Shown here one piece after another: positions 1-12,392 of a DNA stretch of 64,000 nt; positions within the stretch are counted from its first letter, which is position 1; each line of letters starts with the position of its first letter. Where the stretch lies: the NCBI GenBank assembly GCA_963849125.1, contig CAWKGI010000017.1:5932-69931 (forward strand), read 5' to 3'. The notes under the pieces were generated by a model. That model was given only the letters and a program-made list of their open reading frames with translations. It made no database searches and was not told where the DNA came from. Source of the DNA: an uncultured Actinomycetes bacterium (GTDB taxonomy: Bacteria; Actinomycetota; Thermoleophilia; Gaiellales; Gaiellaceae). A program made the position numbers and the translations under genes.

Positions 1-508
1 GCCGAGTGCGCTCAGCACGGAAGCGACGCCGTGACGACCGAGGCGCTTGCCCTCGAGGGCGAACATGCGGTCGGTGGAGCGCTCGGTGACGACGAGCGTC
101 CGGACGGAGAGCCGGTGCTTCGTGACGACTTTCAGATCGCGACGGTCGAGCGTCACGACGCGGTGCAGTTCCTCCGCCCGTCGCGCGCCGTGGAGCGCGC
201 CTTCGGTCGTCAACAGATACACGCGCTCGGCGAGACCGCGACGACAATGACGGGGTTGCCGAGCTGCTCCGCGAGGGTGCGGCGCTCCCCGGGTGACGAG
301 ACCGACCGTCGCCAGGTCGTCAGGGCTGGGCTGGGAGCCCGCGAGAGCAGGGGTGGCGACCGAGCCCATACCCCGGCCGATCGTCTGACCGCCGAATCCT
401 CCGCTCTTCCAGGTCGTGCCCTTGGGGAGGAAGTCGCCGGCGGCGACCAGCGTGTCGTCGCCCGTGGCGCGACGGGCGAGCTCGAGCAGGTGATCGACGG
501 GCTCCATG
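1..508 (-). CDS. hypothetical protein (frameshifted, runs off window edge)
   Basis: ATG at 508 gives MEPVDHLLELARRATGDDTLVAAGDFLPKG..., with GC3-rich codons continuing across a frameshift. Confidence 0.5.
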
Positions 509-518
509 GTGGTGGAGG

Positions 519-1157
519 TTAGGTCCGGCCGTGAACCCGCCGTGAACGGGACGCTCGCGACGCCGGGAGTAAGTGCGCCCCGGGGCCTGGCGCGTCGCCC
601 GCGAGCCCACCCCGACCGGTGCAGGCCGACCTCTGGATGCACTCGCCCGTGGCTCCGGTCGGGGTCGCTGCGACCGCCTCACGAGGCTCGATTCGGCGCC
701 GTCCAAGCAGGAGCGCCAGTACGAGGCCGGCCCCGACGAGCGTGAAGATCGGCACCCACCGGTAAGCGTCGCCGACGACGCCCGCGCTGAGGATGCCGAA
801 GTCCCAGAGACCGTGAAGGACGGCGCCGAGAAGAAGCCCACCGCTCACCAGGCGAACGAGGTCGACGGAATAGCCGGTAGCCAGGGTCGAGAAGACCTGG
901 ATCGGCCCTCCTTCCTGGTGCCCAGCGCGAACACGGCGGGCGTCCGCAGCGCGACCCGCCCCTCTCAGGTAGCCGTTCGTACGGAAGGCCGTGACCCCGA
1001 TCCCGCGGAAGAGCGACTCCTCCACGAACCCGATCGCCAACCCGTAGGTCAGGAGCAGCAGAGAGGCGAACGACGCCGGCCGTCGGATCGAGCGGTACTG
1101 ACAGCGCCCGCACCTCTCCCGAGGGCACGGGCGTGGCGGCCACCTCGGGGTGATCAT
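519..1157 (-). CDS. CPBP/CAAX family intramembrane glutamic endopeptidase (degraded or frameshifted)
   Basis: GFVEESLFRG (EExxxR) and AVLHGLWD (HxxxD) motifs, hydrophobic helices. Confidence 0.7.
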   Translation of the reverse strand: MITPRWPPRPCPRERCGRCQYRSIRRPASFASLLLLTYGLAIGFVEESLFRGIGVTAFRTNGYLRGAGRAADARRVRAGHQEGGPIQVFSTLATGYSVDLVRLVSGGLLLGAVLHGLWDFGILSAGVVGDAYRWVPIFTLVGAGLVLALLLGRRRIEPREAVAATPTGATGECIQRSACTGRGGLAGDAPGPGAHLLPASRASRSRRVHGRT

Positions 1158-1199
1158 AGTCTGCATCGCTTCTGTCCTCGTTCTCGCCGAGCGGTGGCC

Positions 1200-1542
1200 G
1201 GCGGCGCCGCATGCTCGGTGCGGCGAACTCGATCCGGTAGACCCAGGGGGCATGGGTCTCCGACACCAGCTCGCAGCGGATCTGGTAGCCGATCTTCCCG
1301 CGGCCCGACGGCTTGCACTTGTAGCCGCTCGGAGTGACGAACGTGTTCTTCCCGGTCCACTTGTACCGGCGCTGCTCCTTGGCGGCGGCGGCGCAGGTGA
1401 GCCCGCGCGCGGACGTCACGAACACGGGGCCGTTCGCATAGACCTTCGTCTTGCATTGCACGATCGCCGCCCCTGCCGCTCCGACCGAGGTAGCGATCGC
1501 TGTCAGGGCGACGATGCTCACGACCAACACCAGCTTCTTCAC
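1200..1542 (-). CDS. small secreted Cys-containing protein
   Basis: RBS GGAGG, signal peptide MKKLVLVVSIVALTAIATSVGAAGA, four Cys; 3' end uncertain. Confidence 0.6.
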
Positions 1543-1865
1543 TTCCGTTTACCTCCCTGATGGTGGAGACGCTCTCGCGGCGATGGTGCAGCCAGCGAGT
1601 GAATCCGACGTGAACGCGAGGACACAGGCGCGCAGGAGCTCGGCGTCCGGAGTGGCTCCAGCGCCCAGATGCGATCGATCTCGGTGGCGCGACGAGCCGG
1701 GCCGGGCGCGGCGGCGGAAGGCCCGTCCTCCCAGACCTGTCCGCAGCACAGCGAGAATGGCGTCGGCCCTGGCCGACCAGCGCCGTCAGCCGCGAACGCG
1801 CGACACCGCGTGACGCGGTCGGGCACGACCGCGTCGGCGTGAATGTCGGCGAAATAGCCCCACAC

Positions 1866-2420
1866 TCAGTCGCCGGCTGCGCCGAACAGCGCCATTGCCG
1901 CGATCGCGAGCACGAACAGCGTCACGTTCACGGCGTCCATGATCGGGTCGAGGTTCGCGAGCCGACGGCCCGCCGCCCCGAGGCGGGCGAGCGCGACCTG
2001 GCGGACGTGATGCGTCCAGCGGAGCGAGCGATAGGCGCGCGCGGCGTGCAGGCGATCGAGCACGCCCGTGACCGAGCTCCCGAAGTACGTCCGCGGGGCA
2101 AGGGTCGCCTCTCGTTCGCGCGCCAGCGGATAGGCGAGCGCGAGCGCCACGAGAGCCGCGAGGACGCGGACGAGAACGCCGACGAAGACCCCTGCGAACG
2201 GCGACCCGAGCTCGTCGGGCGTGCCGCCTCCGATCGTGAGATCGGCCGGGCTGGGCGACCACGGTCCCAACCAGGAGCCCGAGGGCGATGATCCCGTACG
2301 ACGCCTTGCGGAAGTACCAGACGGCCAGGAGGGCGACTGCGTCTCGCCGCCCGGCCGCAGAGCCGCCTCGGGCGGGACGGGAGGCATGGCGGGGGCAGGC
2401 GTCGGCACGGTGATCGGTGG
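1866..2420 (-). CDS. hypothetical membrane protein
   Basis: Pro-rich N-terminus and TM segments (FAGVFVGVLVRVLAALVALAL; VTLFVLAIAAMALFG); start uncertain. Confidence 0.5.
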   Translation of the reverse strand, partial: PPITVPTPAPAMPPVPPEAALRPGGETQSPSWPSGTSARRRTGSSPSGSWLGPWSPSPADLTIGGGTPDELGSPFAGVFVGVLVRVLAALVALALAYPLAREREATLAPRTYFGSSVTGVLDRLHAARAYRSLRWTHHVRQVALARLGAAGRRLANLDPIMDAVNVTLFVLAIAAMALFGAAGD

Positions 2421-2481
2421 AGAGCCCTCGAGAGGCGGCGGAGGCGGAGACTGCGTCGCGGAGACGGGTTCGCTCGGCGTC

Positions 2482-3687
2482 CTAGAAGCCCTCGAACGAC
2501 GAGTCGATCGTGTTGCGGTCGAGACGGCGATCCGCGCAGCCGCAGCGCGACCATCGGGAAGACGAGCACCGAGACCATCCCCGCCCCGACCAGCGCAGCC
2601 GCGTTCTCGGGCAGCATCCGGCCCTCGTCGAGACCGATCTGCGTGACGGCGACCACGAGCGGCAGCGCCGTCGCGGAGGTGAGCGCGAGCGGCAGCCAGT
2701 CGCGCCGCGGGATCGTCCTTGCGATAGAGCAGCAGCACCGGGGCGCCACGCACCACCAGGAACAGCGCGAGGAAGACCGGCAGGCGCAGCACGCTCTCGA
2801 CGCTCGCGAACAGCGCCGGGAGGTCGAAGTCGACCCCGGTCATGATGAAGAAGATCGGGACCATGAACCCGAAGCCGATGCCCTCGAGCTTGGAGCGGAC
2901 GGGCTCAGCCTCCTCCGTGCGCGTGACGAGGCCGACGACGATCCCCGCCGCGAAGGCGCCGAGCACGACGTCGAGCCCGAACCGTGCGGTGAGGTAGACG
3001 AGCGCGACCAGGATCAGGATCGCGAGGCGCACGGCGAACTGGCCGCTCGAGTTCATCGTGCGCTCGATCGTCCGCACCACGCGCCCGGGTCGCGCGCGCA
3101 GCGCGAGCACCCCGAGCCCGAGCGCGACCACCGAGAAGGCGATCAGCAGGACCGCGTTGACGCCCCGGGCCTGCGGCCTGGCTGAGCAGCAGCGAGATCG
3201 CGATGATCGGGCCGAACTCTCCCGCGACGCCCGCGGCCAGGGTGTACGGGCCGAGCGGCGTCTCGAGCTCGCCTGCGTCGCGCAGGATCGGCATCAGCGT
3301 GCCGATCGCCGTCGTGCAGAGCGCGACGCCGATCAGCAGGGTCGAGAGCACGAACCCGGTCGCCTGGAGCACCCCGGCGATCGCCAGCGCGAGCCCGAGC
3401 GAGATCACCCAGCCGACGCCGCCGAGCCTGGCGGGCCGGCCGCGGATCCGCTCGAAGTCGATCTCCATGCCCGCGAGGAAGAAGAGGAACGCGAGACCCG
3501 TCGCGGCGAGGAAGTCGACGATCGTGCCGGGCTCGACGATCTTCAGCACGTGCGGGCCGACCAGGATCCCCGCGATGATCTCGACGACGACGACGGGGAC
3601 GCGCACCGAGCGCGGGATGTCGACCAGCAGCGGCGCCGCGGCGGCGATCACGACGATCACGAGCAGGTTGAAGAGCTGGTCTTCCAT
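2482..3687 (-). CDS. cation:proton antiporter (CPA2/Kef-type), frameshifted
   Basis: MEDQLFNLLVIVV..., LFFLAGMEID, GEFGPI, LGAFAAG, PIFFIMTG motifs spread over 3 frames. Confidence 0.85.
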
Positions 3688-3871
3688 CGCTACGTCCCGA
3701 CTCCGCCCGGCCGGCCCCGGGATCCCACCAGGCTGACGAGGACCCACGGCAGGGGCGCCACCGCGTTGGCGTGGGCGTCGGAGCGGCGCACGGTGAGACC
3801 GTATACCGGCCCCTCGACGGAGAGCAGCGACAGGCGGCAGGACTCGCACCCGGCCCGGGGAACCCTCACCC

Positions 3872-5138
3872 GTGGCGAAGATGCGCTTCTCCCGCTGGCT
3901 GCGCCAGCACGGCTGGGTCGTCCCGGGCCTCTACGTCCTCGGCGCGCTCGCCCTCGTCGCGACGCTCTCGTACGTCGACCGACATCGACCCGTCACGAGC
4001 GTGCAGCCGCTCGACGTGTCCGCTGCCGAGCAGCTCCTCGGCGCGATCGCGGCGGGGATGATCGCGTTCACCGGCATCGTCTTCTCGATCAGCCTGCTCG
4101 TCGCCCAGGCCTGGAACACCGCGTACTCGTTCCGGCTGATGCAATGGCTCCGCCAGACACCGCTCACGGGGCACGCGTTCGGCGTGTTCAGCGCGACGTT
4201 CGTCTACGCGCTGGGCGCCCTCACGGTCGTCGGGCGGAACCCCGATGAACGGCTGATCCTCACCGAGGCCGGCTCGCTCTGGCTCCTCCTCGCAAGCGTC
4301 CTCCTCTTCCTGCTGCTCCTCTACGGGACGCTCCGCCAGATGAACCTCTCGTATGTCCTCAACCTCGTTGGCGACCGCGGCCGCGAGGTGATCGACGACA
4401 TGTACCGGGAGGTCGCACGCGACGAGCCGACCTCTCCCGGGCTCGATCTGGAAGGAGCCGCGGAGTCGGGCATCGTTGTCCACCGCGGCCCGCCCAAGGT
4501 CGTCGCGGCGGTCGACTTCACGCGGCTCGTGGAGCTCGCCACCGCAGGCGACGCGCGGATCGAGATCGAGGTCGGCGTCGGCGACACGGTGCCCGACGGC
4601 GCCGCGATCGCCCGGGTCGCTCGGCGGCACACTCCCGCTGGAGGACGTCCGCCGCTCGTTCCTGCTCGGCACCGAGCGCACCATGGAGCAGGACCCGAAG
4701 TTCGCGCTCCGCCTGCTCGTCGACGTCGCGATCAAGGCGCTCTCTCCGGCGATCAACGATCCGACCACCGCCGTCCAGGCGCTCGACCAGATCGAGGACC
4801 TGCTGCGCCGCATCGGGCAGCGAACCCTCGACGTCGGCCGGCTGGTTGGCGTGCGCGGCTACGCGCGCGTGATCTACCCGGCCCCGACCTGGGACGACCT
4901 GCTCGCGCTCGCAACCGACGAGATCCGGCTCTACGGCGCGGAGTCGCTGCAGGTGATGCGCCGGATGCGGCTCCTGTACGAGCACCTCGAGACGACGGTG
5001 ACGAACGATCGGCGCGCCGCCGTCCGCGAGCGACTCGAGCGTCTCGATGCGGCGATCGAGCGCGGCATCCCCGAGGCCGATCGGGCCGACGCCCGTATCC
5101 CTGACCCCCAGGGTCTCGGGTTCTCCCGCGCGGCGTAG
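3872..5138 (+). CDS. DUF2254 family membrane protein, frameshifted
   Basis: GMIAFTGIVFS and ERTMEQDPKFALRLLVDVAIKALSPAINDPTTAVQALD signature. Confidence 0.85.
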
Positions 5139-5287
5139 CGCGCGAGTCCGCGTCCTGGCACTCGGCATTTCGCCTCGCTTCACGGTGAGCGGGGCAGCAG
5201 CACCGAATCCCTCCGCGCGCAGGGCCCCGGACCGTGCAGGATGGCCTTGGCGCGATCCCGCGCACCCACCCGAGAGGAGCGAGGCCA

Positions 5288-5602
5288 ATGATTCTGACCA
5301 CCGCCATGTCGGTCGAGGGACGCGCCGTGAGCGAGTACCTCGGAATCGCCACCTCCCAGGCGATCATGGGCGTCTCGATGGGCCGCGACATCAAGGCGCT
5401 CGGCCGCAGCATCTCCGGCGGCCGCTCCGGCGCGTACGAGGAGGAGGTCGCGAAGGCCGTGCAGGAGGCCCTCCGGGAGCTCGAGGAGAACGCCGCGAAG
5501 CTCGGCGCCGACGCGCTCGTCGCCGTCGACCTCGACTACGCCGAGGTCGGCAACAACATGCTGATGGTCGCCGCGACCGGCACCGCCGTGAAGCTCGTCT
5601 GA
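5288..5602 (+). CDS. YbjQ/UPF0145 family protein
   Basis: MILTTA..VEGR..YLGI...GGRSGAYE...LGADALVAVDLDY...MLMVAATGTAV. Confidence 0.9.
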   Translation: MILTTAMSVEGRAVSEYLGIATSQAIMGVSMGRDIKALGRSISGGRSGAYEEEVAKAVQEALRELEENAAKLGADALVAVDLDYAEVGNNMLMVAATGTAVKLV

Positions 5603-5684
5603 GAGGGCTCGGACGGCGGGCAGGACGAACGCCGGGATGAAGGCCGTGCTTCGACTCCGGCACTGTCGGGCGGAGCGCCCCGGC

Positions 5685-6480
5685 TCATGGGCCTGACGGG
5701 CCGGTGGCCGCCGGTGGCAGCGCCATCGAGGCGCGGAGCGACACCAAGGGAGTGTCCGGCACGGTGACGAGGCCGCGCGTCGGACGGTCGAGGTCGAAGG
5801 TGATCAGGAGGAGCACCGAGACGAACGCGGCCGCGAGCACGACGGTGAGCACGCCGCGCCCGAGGATCGCGAGGTAGAGCGCGAGCAGCCCGAGCCCGAC
5901 CGCCGCCCCGACGAGCGAGATGAAGAGCACGGCGAACGGGACCCGGTTCGCGAGGGCCGAGACGCGCACCGTCTGCATGTCGATCATCTCGTTCAGCGAC
6001 TCGACGTAGAGACGCGGCGCGCTGTCGCGCGGCGAGCCTGCCAACGACTCGCCCGGCAAGCCGCCAGAGCGAGCGCTGCAGCCGGTTCTCCTCGGCGATC
6101 GCCGCGAGCGCGGCCGCGCTCCCCGGAACGGCGAGCGACAGGCGGATGCTCGCGTCGGTGTACCGCTCGAGGTCGCGCAGCGACCGGGTGCGGATCGGCT
6201 CCTTCAGGGTCTGGGCCCGCAGGTACGTGGTGCCGATCGCGTTGGCGTCGGCGACGACCGCGGCCCGCCGCGCGTCGTAGCGCCCGACGGCCATCGTCAA
6301 CCCGAACGCGAGGATCAGGGCGACGAGGCCGAGCAGCGCCGCCTGGAGGACGCCGAACGGCTCGCGGAGCTCGGTGCGCGTCCGGAGGTGCCGGCCGGCG
6401 AACGCGCCGAGCAGGGTCGTCCCGAGCACGATCCCGAAGACGATCAGGCCGAGCTCGAGGCTGTTCAGGCGGAAGAACAC
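5685..6480 (-). CDS. bestrophin-like/DUF4239-type membrane protein, frameshifted
   Basis: LLGLVALILAFGLTMA.GRYDARR..VVADANAIGTTYLRA; ITFDLDRPTRG. Confidence 0.7.
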
Positions 6481-6683
6481 GGCTCAGACCCGTGGAGCGT
6501 GGGGCGCCACCACGGGGTTCCTCGGGGCGACCATCGCCGCGGACGGTAGCCGCACGCTCTCCGGCCGGTCAAGCGCCGTTCACGACCGATTCACGCGCCG
6601 CCGCCGAATCGAGGCGGCCTGGACTGGGCCACTCGGTACCCTTGCTCGCAGCGGAGGGCGTCAGCGCCATCCCGTCTCTCGCC

Positions 6684-7965
6684 GTGACGACGCCCGACTC
6701 CCGCACCCGTGATCGCGACAGCTCGGCGCGTCGACGCGCCGAGCGGCGCAGGCGCCAGGTGCGCCGGCGTCGGACGGTCGCAGGGCTCGTCGTGCTCGCG
6801 CTCGTGGGAGCCGTGACGCTGGGCTTCACGACACGGAACCCCGGCGACGAACCGGCCGTGCCGACGGCCACGCCGGCGGTGCAGGCGGCGAAGCCGGCGC
6901 CGAAGCCCGCCTCCCGTCCGAAGCCGGCTGCCACGCGCGTCGCCCGCCGCGACGGGCCGCCCCTCCGACAAGGCCCGCCTCAAGCTGCGCGAGGTGATCA
7001 CCGGCAACATCTCGCCCAAGTCCGTTGCCTCTTCGGGCAACGGCTACGTGACCGCGCAGAACATGATGTACCGCCACTCGGTGACCGTCTACGACGCGCG
7101 CACGCTGAAGCTCGTCCGGACGATCCCCGACAGCGTGCGTCTCGCGCGGCTCGGCTACCCGCAGTACCCGGGGGTCGTCCGCGGCGCGCCGGTCGAGGCG
7201 GCGTTCTCCTCGGACGGCCGCTACGGGTACGTCTCGAACTACTCGATGTACGGCCCCGGCTTCGGGCCGGAGGGCAGCGACGAGTGCACGCCGTCCTCGG
7301 GAACCGACCGGAGCTTCGCCTACCGCATCGACATGGAGACGCTGAAGGTCGACCGCGCGTACCACGTCGGCGCCGTGCCGAAGGTCGTCGCGACGACGCC
7401 CGACGACCGCTTCGTGCTCGTGAGCAACTGGTGCACCTGGGATCTGAGCGTGATCTCCACGAAGAAGGGCCGGGAGGTCAGGCGCATCCCGATCGGCCCC
7501 TACCCGCGTGGGATCGCCGTGTCGCCGCAGGGCAACGCCGCCTACGTCGCGGTGATGGGCGGCAACGAGCTGATCCGGGTCGACCTCCGGAAGTGGACGA
7601 CCTCGCGGGTCGGGATCGGCGCAGGCCCGAGGGCGCTCGCGTTCTCGCCGAACGACCGCTACATCTACGCGACCCTCAACGCCGAGGGCCGCGTCGCGAA
7701 GCTCGACCTCCGCAACGGCACCGTCGTCCACAAGGTCGCGACCGGGAGCGCTCCGCGGAGCATGGCCCTCTCGTCCGACGGGCGCGCGCTCTACGTCGTC
7801 AACTACGAGAGCGGCACCGTGACCAAGCTCCGCGCCTCCGACATGAGCACGCTGCAGACGATCGAGGCCTGCTACCACCCGATCGGGATCACCTACGACA
7901 AGGCGACCCGACGCGTGTGGGTCGCCTGCTACACGGGCTCGATCCGGGTCTACAACGACTGGTGA
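6684..7965 (+). CDS. membrane-anchored YncE/YVTN beta-propeller protein, frameshifted
   Basis: N-terminal TM anchor; repeats VGAVPKVVATTPD, IGPYPRGIAVSP, TGSAPRSMALSSDG. Confidence 0.85.
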
Positions 7966-8078
7966 GCCCCGCGATGTCCGCTGCAGCGAGGAATCGTGCC
8001 ACCGCCCGCGAAGCGGAGCACAGGCGCTCCCGCGCGACCGTTAACAGCCTCCTGATCTCACCCGGATACCGTCATCCC

Positions 8079-8705
8079 GTGCGCGCAGCCGCCCTCACCC
8101 TCACGCTCGCCCTCGCGTGCCTCGTCGGCGTCTCGTCCGCGACGGCGGCGCCTGCCGGCAAGAAGGGGCCGATCCGGGCGACCTTCGTCGGCGACTCCGT
8201 CTCGGCGTCGATCAGCTACGCGACCACCGCGCAGGCGCAGCTCAAGCGGGGCCTCTCCGTCAGGCTCGACCTCAAGGTCTGCCGTCGGCTCGTGCAGCCG
8301 AGCTGTCCCTACCAGGGCAGCACGCCCCTGACCGCGCTGCAGGCCGTGCAGTCCTACGGCCCCTCGCTCGGCCGGGTGCTGATCGTCAAGGTCGGCTACA
8401 ACGAGTCCTCGCAGGGGTACGGCAAGGGGATCGACCGGATCATGCGCGCCGCCCTCGCGGACGGCGTCGACGGCGTCGTCTGGGTCACGCTCCGCGAGAC
8501 GCGCGACATCTACCGCGGCACGAACGCCGCGATCAGGGCCGCGGCGAAGCGCTGGCCCCAGCTCGTGGTCGCCGACTGGAACGCGTACAGCGCCGGCAAG
8601 CCCTGGTTCGGCTCGGACGGGCTCCACCTCAGCGCGACGGGCGCGACGGAGCTCGCCCACTTCCTGCGGCCGTACGTCTACCGCGCCGCCGCCGGTCGCG
8701 CGTAG
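8079..8705 (+). CDS. secreted SGNH/GDSL hydrolase-like protein
   Basis: signal peptide, FVGDSV, VGYNE and DGLHL motifs; TACCGT -10 box 6 nt upstream of GTG. Confidence 0.8.
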   Translation: MRAAALTLTLALACLVGVSSATAAPAGKKGPIRATFVGDSVSASISYATTAQAQLKRGLSVRLDLKVCRRLVQPSCPYQGSTPLTALQAVQSYGPSLGRVLIVKVGYNESSQGYGKGIDRIMRAALADGVDGVVWVTLRETRDIYRGTNAAIRAAAKRWPQLVVADWNAYSAGKPWFGSDGLHLSATGATELAHFLRPYVYRAAAGRA

Positions 8706-8829
8706 AGCGACCGGTCTCGACGCCGAGCGGCCTGGAGCTCCGAGCCCGACGAGGAGCTCGCGCGGCGCGTGAAGCCCGCGTGAATCGAGCGCCTTCAGCG
8801 GCCGGGATCGTTCCATACCCTTCCCGCGC

Positions 8830-10249
8830 GTGCTCTTCCCGACCGCCACCTTCGCGATCTTCTTCCTGATCGTCCTGCCGCTCTCGTGGCTGACGATGCC
8901 GTGGCCGCACCGCTGGCGACCCTTCATCGTCGTCGCGAGCTACGTGTTCTACGCGTGGTGGGACTGGCGCTTCGTGTTCCTGCTCGCCGGCTGCACGATC
9001 TTCAACCAGGTGATGGCGGTGCGCATCTGGCGCACCGAGGACGACACGCGACGCAGGGCGCTGCTGGTGATCGCGCTCGCCGCCGACATCGGCCTGATCG
9101 GGTACTTCAAGTACTACAACTTCTTCGTCGACTCGTCCGACGGGCTGCTCGGGGTCGTCGGGCTCGACGCGCCGCTGGAGCTCCGCTCGATCGTCCTCCC
9201 GGTCGGGATCTCGTTCTTCACGTTCATGGCGATCAGCTACGTGGTCGACGCCTACCGCGGCGACTTCCGGCCGACGTCGCTCGAGAAGTTCGCGGTCTAC
9301 CTCGCGTTCTTCCCGCACCTCGTGGCCGGGCCCGATCGTGCGGCCGGGCGAGCTGATCCCGCAGCTCGACACGCCGCGCAACCCGCGGAAGGTCGACACG
9401 AGCCGGGCGTTCTACCTGATCGCGACGGGCCTGTTCAAGAAGGTCGTGATCGCGAACTACCTCGCGGCGAACATCGTCGACGAGGTGTTCGGCGCCCCGG
9501 GCCAGCACTCGTCGCTCGAGATCCTCGTCGGCGTCTACGCGTACGCCGTCCAGATCTACGCCGACTTCTCCGGCTACACCGACATCGCGATCGGGCTCGC
9601 GCTGCTGCTCGGGTTCTCGTTCCCGCAGAACTTCGACTCGCCGTACACCGCGCTCTCGGTGCAGGACTTCTGGAGACGCTGGCACATGACGCTCTCGCGC
9701 TGGCTGCGCGACTACGTCTACATCCCGCTCGGCGGCAGCCGCGGCTCGCTCGGCTTCACCTACCGGAACCTGATGCTGACGATGCTGATCGGCGGCCTCT
9801 GGCACGGGGCGGCGTGGACGTTCATCGTCTGGGGCGGGCTGCACGGCACCGCGCTCGTCGTCGACCACTGGCGCCAGCGGCAGGGCTGGTACACCCCGCC
9901 GACGGTGAGCAGGCGACGGACGTGGATCGCGCGGTTCCTGACGTTCAACTTCGTCTGCTTCGCGTGGATCTTCTTCCGGGCGTCGTCCTTCTCCGACGCG
10001 TGGACGCTGATCACCGGGCTCTTCACCGGCTGGGGCGAGGCCTCGCCGCTCGTCACCGGGGGCGTGCTGCTCGCGATCGCGGTCGGGATCGGCTCGCAGT
10101 ACCTCCCGCCCCGCGTCCCCGCGCTGCTGATGGCGCGCTTCTCGCGGCTGCCGGTCGTCGCGCAGGCTGTTGTGCTCGCGTTCGCTCTGATGCTGACGAG
10201 CGCCCTGGGGCCCGAGGGCGTGGCACCATTCATCTACTTCCAGTTCTGA
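8830..10249 (+). CDS. MBOAT family O-acyltransferase (AlgI/PatA-like), frameshifted
   Basis: LPVGISFFTF, QIYADFSGYTD, FWRRWHMTLSRWLRDYVYIPLGG, GLWHGA, PFIYFQF. Confidence 0.95.
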
Positions 10250-11620
10250 TGGCCGACCGCGATCTCCCTTCCCTCCCGCCGCCGCTCCCCGACGACGATC
10301 CGGCGACGGCCGAGCGCCTTCGCTTCGAGGGCGCGCTCCCCTCCGCCGACGTCGGGATCCGACTCCGCTCCGGAGCCGACGTACCTGCGAGCCCGAGCCG
10401 AGCCGTCCCCGGAGCCCGAGTCGCCCGAGTCGTCCCGCGCGGCCAGGACGCAGCGGGCGAAGAAGAGTCGTCGAGCAGGCGCACGCCCGACCCGGCCAGG
10501 GCGGAGGGCTCGCGCCGTGCTCCGGCAGCGGCGGGCACGCCACGCCGAGCGCGACCCGACGAGGAGCGGAGGCTCTCGAGCGCCGGCCACGGTTTGATCG
10601 TGTGCGTGCTGGCGCTCGCGATCGGGATGCTCCTGAACGCGCCGGGCGCCCACAAGAAGGCCTACAACCTGTCGGAGGGCTGGCAGCGCGACGTGGCGCT
10701 CGCGGTGACCGGCCCGCTCGACTCGATCAGCGGCGCGTTGCTGCTCGACCAGCCGCGCGCCGCCGTGCAGGCGGTCGCCGGTCGCAGCGGCGACGACGAG
10801 ATCGACGTCGCGATCGCGATCCCCGACACGACCGACACCACCCCGTCCACTCCCGTCACCAAGCCGACCACCGGGAAGCCTGCGGCCGGCAAGCCCAAGC
10901 CGACGCCGGCAGTGCCCGTCAAGCAGCAGTTCACGCCGAAGAAGAAGCTGCGGATCTGGATCGCGGGCGACTCGCTCGTGATCACGCCAGGGTGGTCGAT
11001 CGTGCGCGCGTCGGGCGCCAGCCCGGTGCTCGAGAGCGTGGGCGGCGTCGACGGGCGCGTCGCCACCGGGCTCACCCGACCCGACGTCTTCAACTGGTTC
11101 GAGCAGATCCGCTCGAAGGTCAAGGAGCTCAAGCCCGGCGTCGTCGTGATGGCCTTCGGCGGCAACGACGACAAGGCCTACATGACGGGCCTGCCCGAGG
11201 GCGTCTCGATCGGGGACTTCGGAGACGCGTCCTGGCGCAAGGAGTACGGACGGCGCGTCGGCGGCGTGATGGACATGGTCGCGCAGGAACGGCGGGCACG
11301 TCTTCTGGATCGGGCTGCCCCAGACGCGCGATCCGGAGCAGACCCGCCGGTTCGACGTCGTCAACAGCGTCGTCGCCAAGCAGGCGCGCAAGCGCGCGCA
11401 GACCGCCACCTTCCTCGACACGTACACGATGTTCGCGTCGGAGACCGGCGGCTACACCCAATACCTCCCGGACCGCTCCGGCGGGCAGACGAAGGTGCGC
11501 GCCGACGACGGCGTGCACTTCGAGCGGGCCGGCGGCGACATGATCGCCCGCGAGGTGCTGAAGACGCTGAACAAGACGTACGACCTCACGAGCTGGAAGC
11601 GCAAGCAGAAGGCGACCTGA
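10249..11620 (+). CDS. DUF459 SGNH-domain protein (PatB/AlgJ-like partner), frameshifted
   Basis: IAGDSL, TGLTRPDVFNW, FGGNDD, RADDGVHF; start overlaps MBOAT stop. Confidence 0.85.
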
Positions 11621-11663
11621 GCCGACTGCCGCGCGAGCGCACCTGCCCGTCTATCGTCGGGAC

Positions 11664-12301
11664 GTGCCGACCCCATCTGCCGTATCCGGCCGCGAAGAAG
11701 GCGCTCGATCGTGGCGGAGGTGTCCTGCTGACGGTGCTCGCGACGCCGCTGTTCGGCCTCGCGCTCGGCGCGACCGCGCTCGACCGTCTCCGCCACCCCG
11801 ATGCGCGCGGACGCTGGCTGATCCGCGACCGCCGGATCTCGGCCGGGAAGGAGTTCGACCTCCTCAAGTTCCGCGTGCTGCGCGAGGACGTGATGCGAGA
11901 CGTCGCGGCCACCGACGGCAACGCCCGGCTTCGCGAGGCCGACCTCGCCAACCTCACCGCCTCGGGTGCGCTGATCAAGCGCTGGTACCTCGACGAGCTC
12001 CCCCAGCTGCTGAACGTCGTGCGAGGCGACATCAGCCTCGTCGGCCCGCGGCCGTGGCCGATCCCGATGGTCGAGGACCAGGTCGCGAAGGGCCTCGACT
12101 ACCGACTGCTGCATCAGGGCCGGCTGGACTGGCCCCGCGCAGGCCAGCAAGGGCGAGCCCGGCGCGAGCTTCGACCGCAGCGACCTGGCCTACGTCGAGG
12201 CGACGCGGACGCTCTCAGGCCGGGAGCTCGTCGCGCTCGACCTGCGCACGCTCGGCAAGACCCTCCGGACGATGCTCCGCGGCGAGGGCCTGCAGTTCTG
12301 A
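11664..12301 (+). CDS. bacterial sugar (phospho-glycosyl) transferase, frameshifted
   Basis: LLKFR, LDELPQLLNVVRGDISLVGPRP signature. Confidence 0.85.
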
Positions 12302-12392
12302 GCCGCGCGCTCGAGCGGTGCCGTGGCCCACAGCGGAGCCCGACACGCCCGCCCACCAGACCACGCGTCCCGCTCGAACCCGCATCACCCGG

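Noticed and set aside
1811..1868. In-frame TGA followed by an open frame and a GTGCC-loop hairpin as a second Sec site
   Set aside because: No redox motif, the protein ends naturally after a TM helix, and the loop is ~40 nt from the UGA; a stop plus terminator-like hairpin fits better
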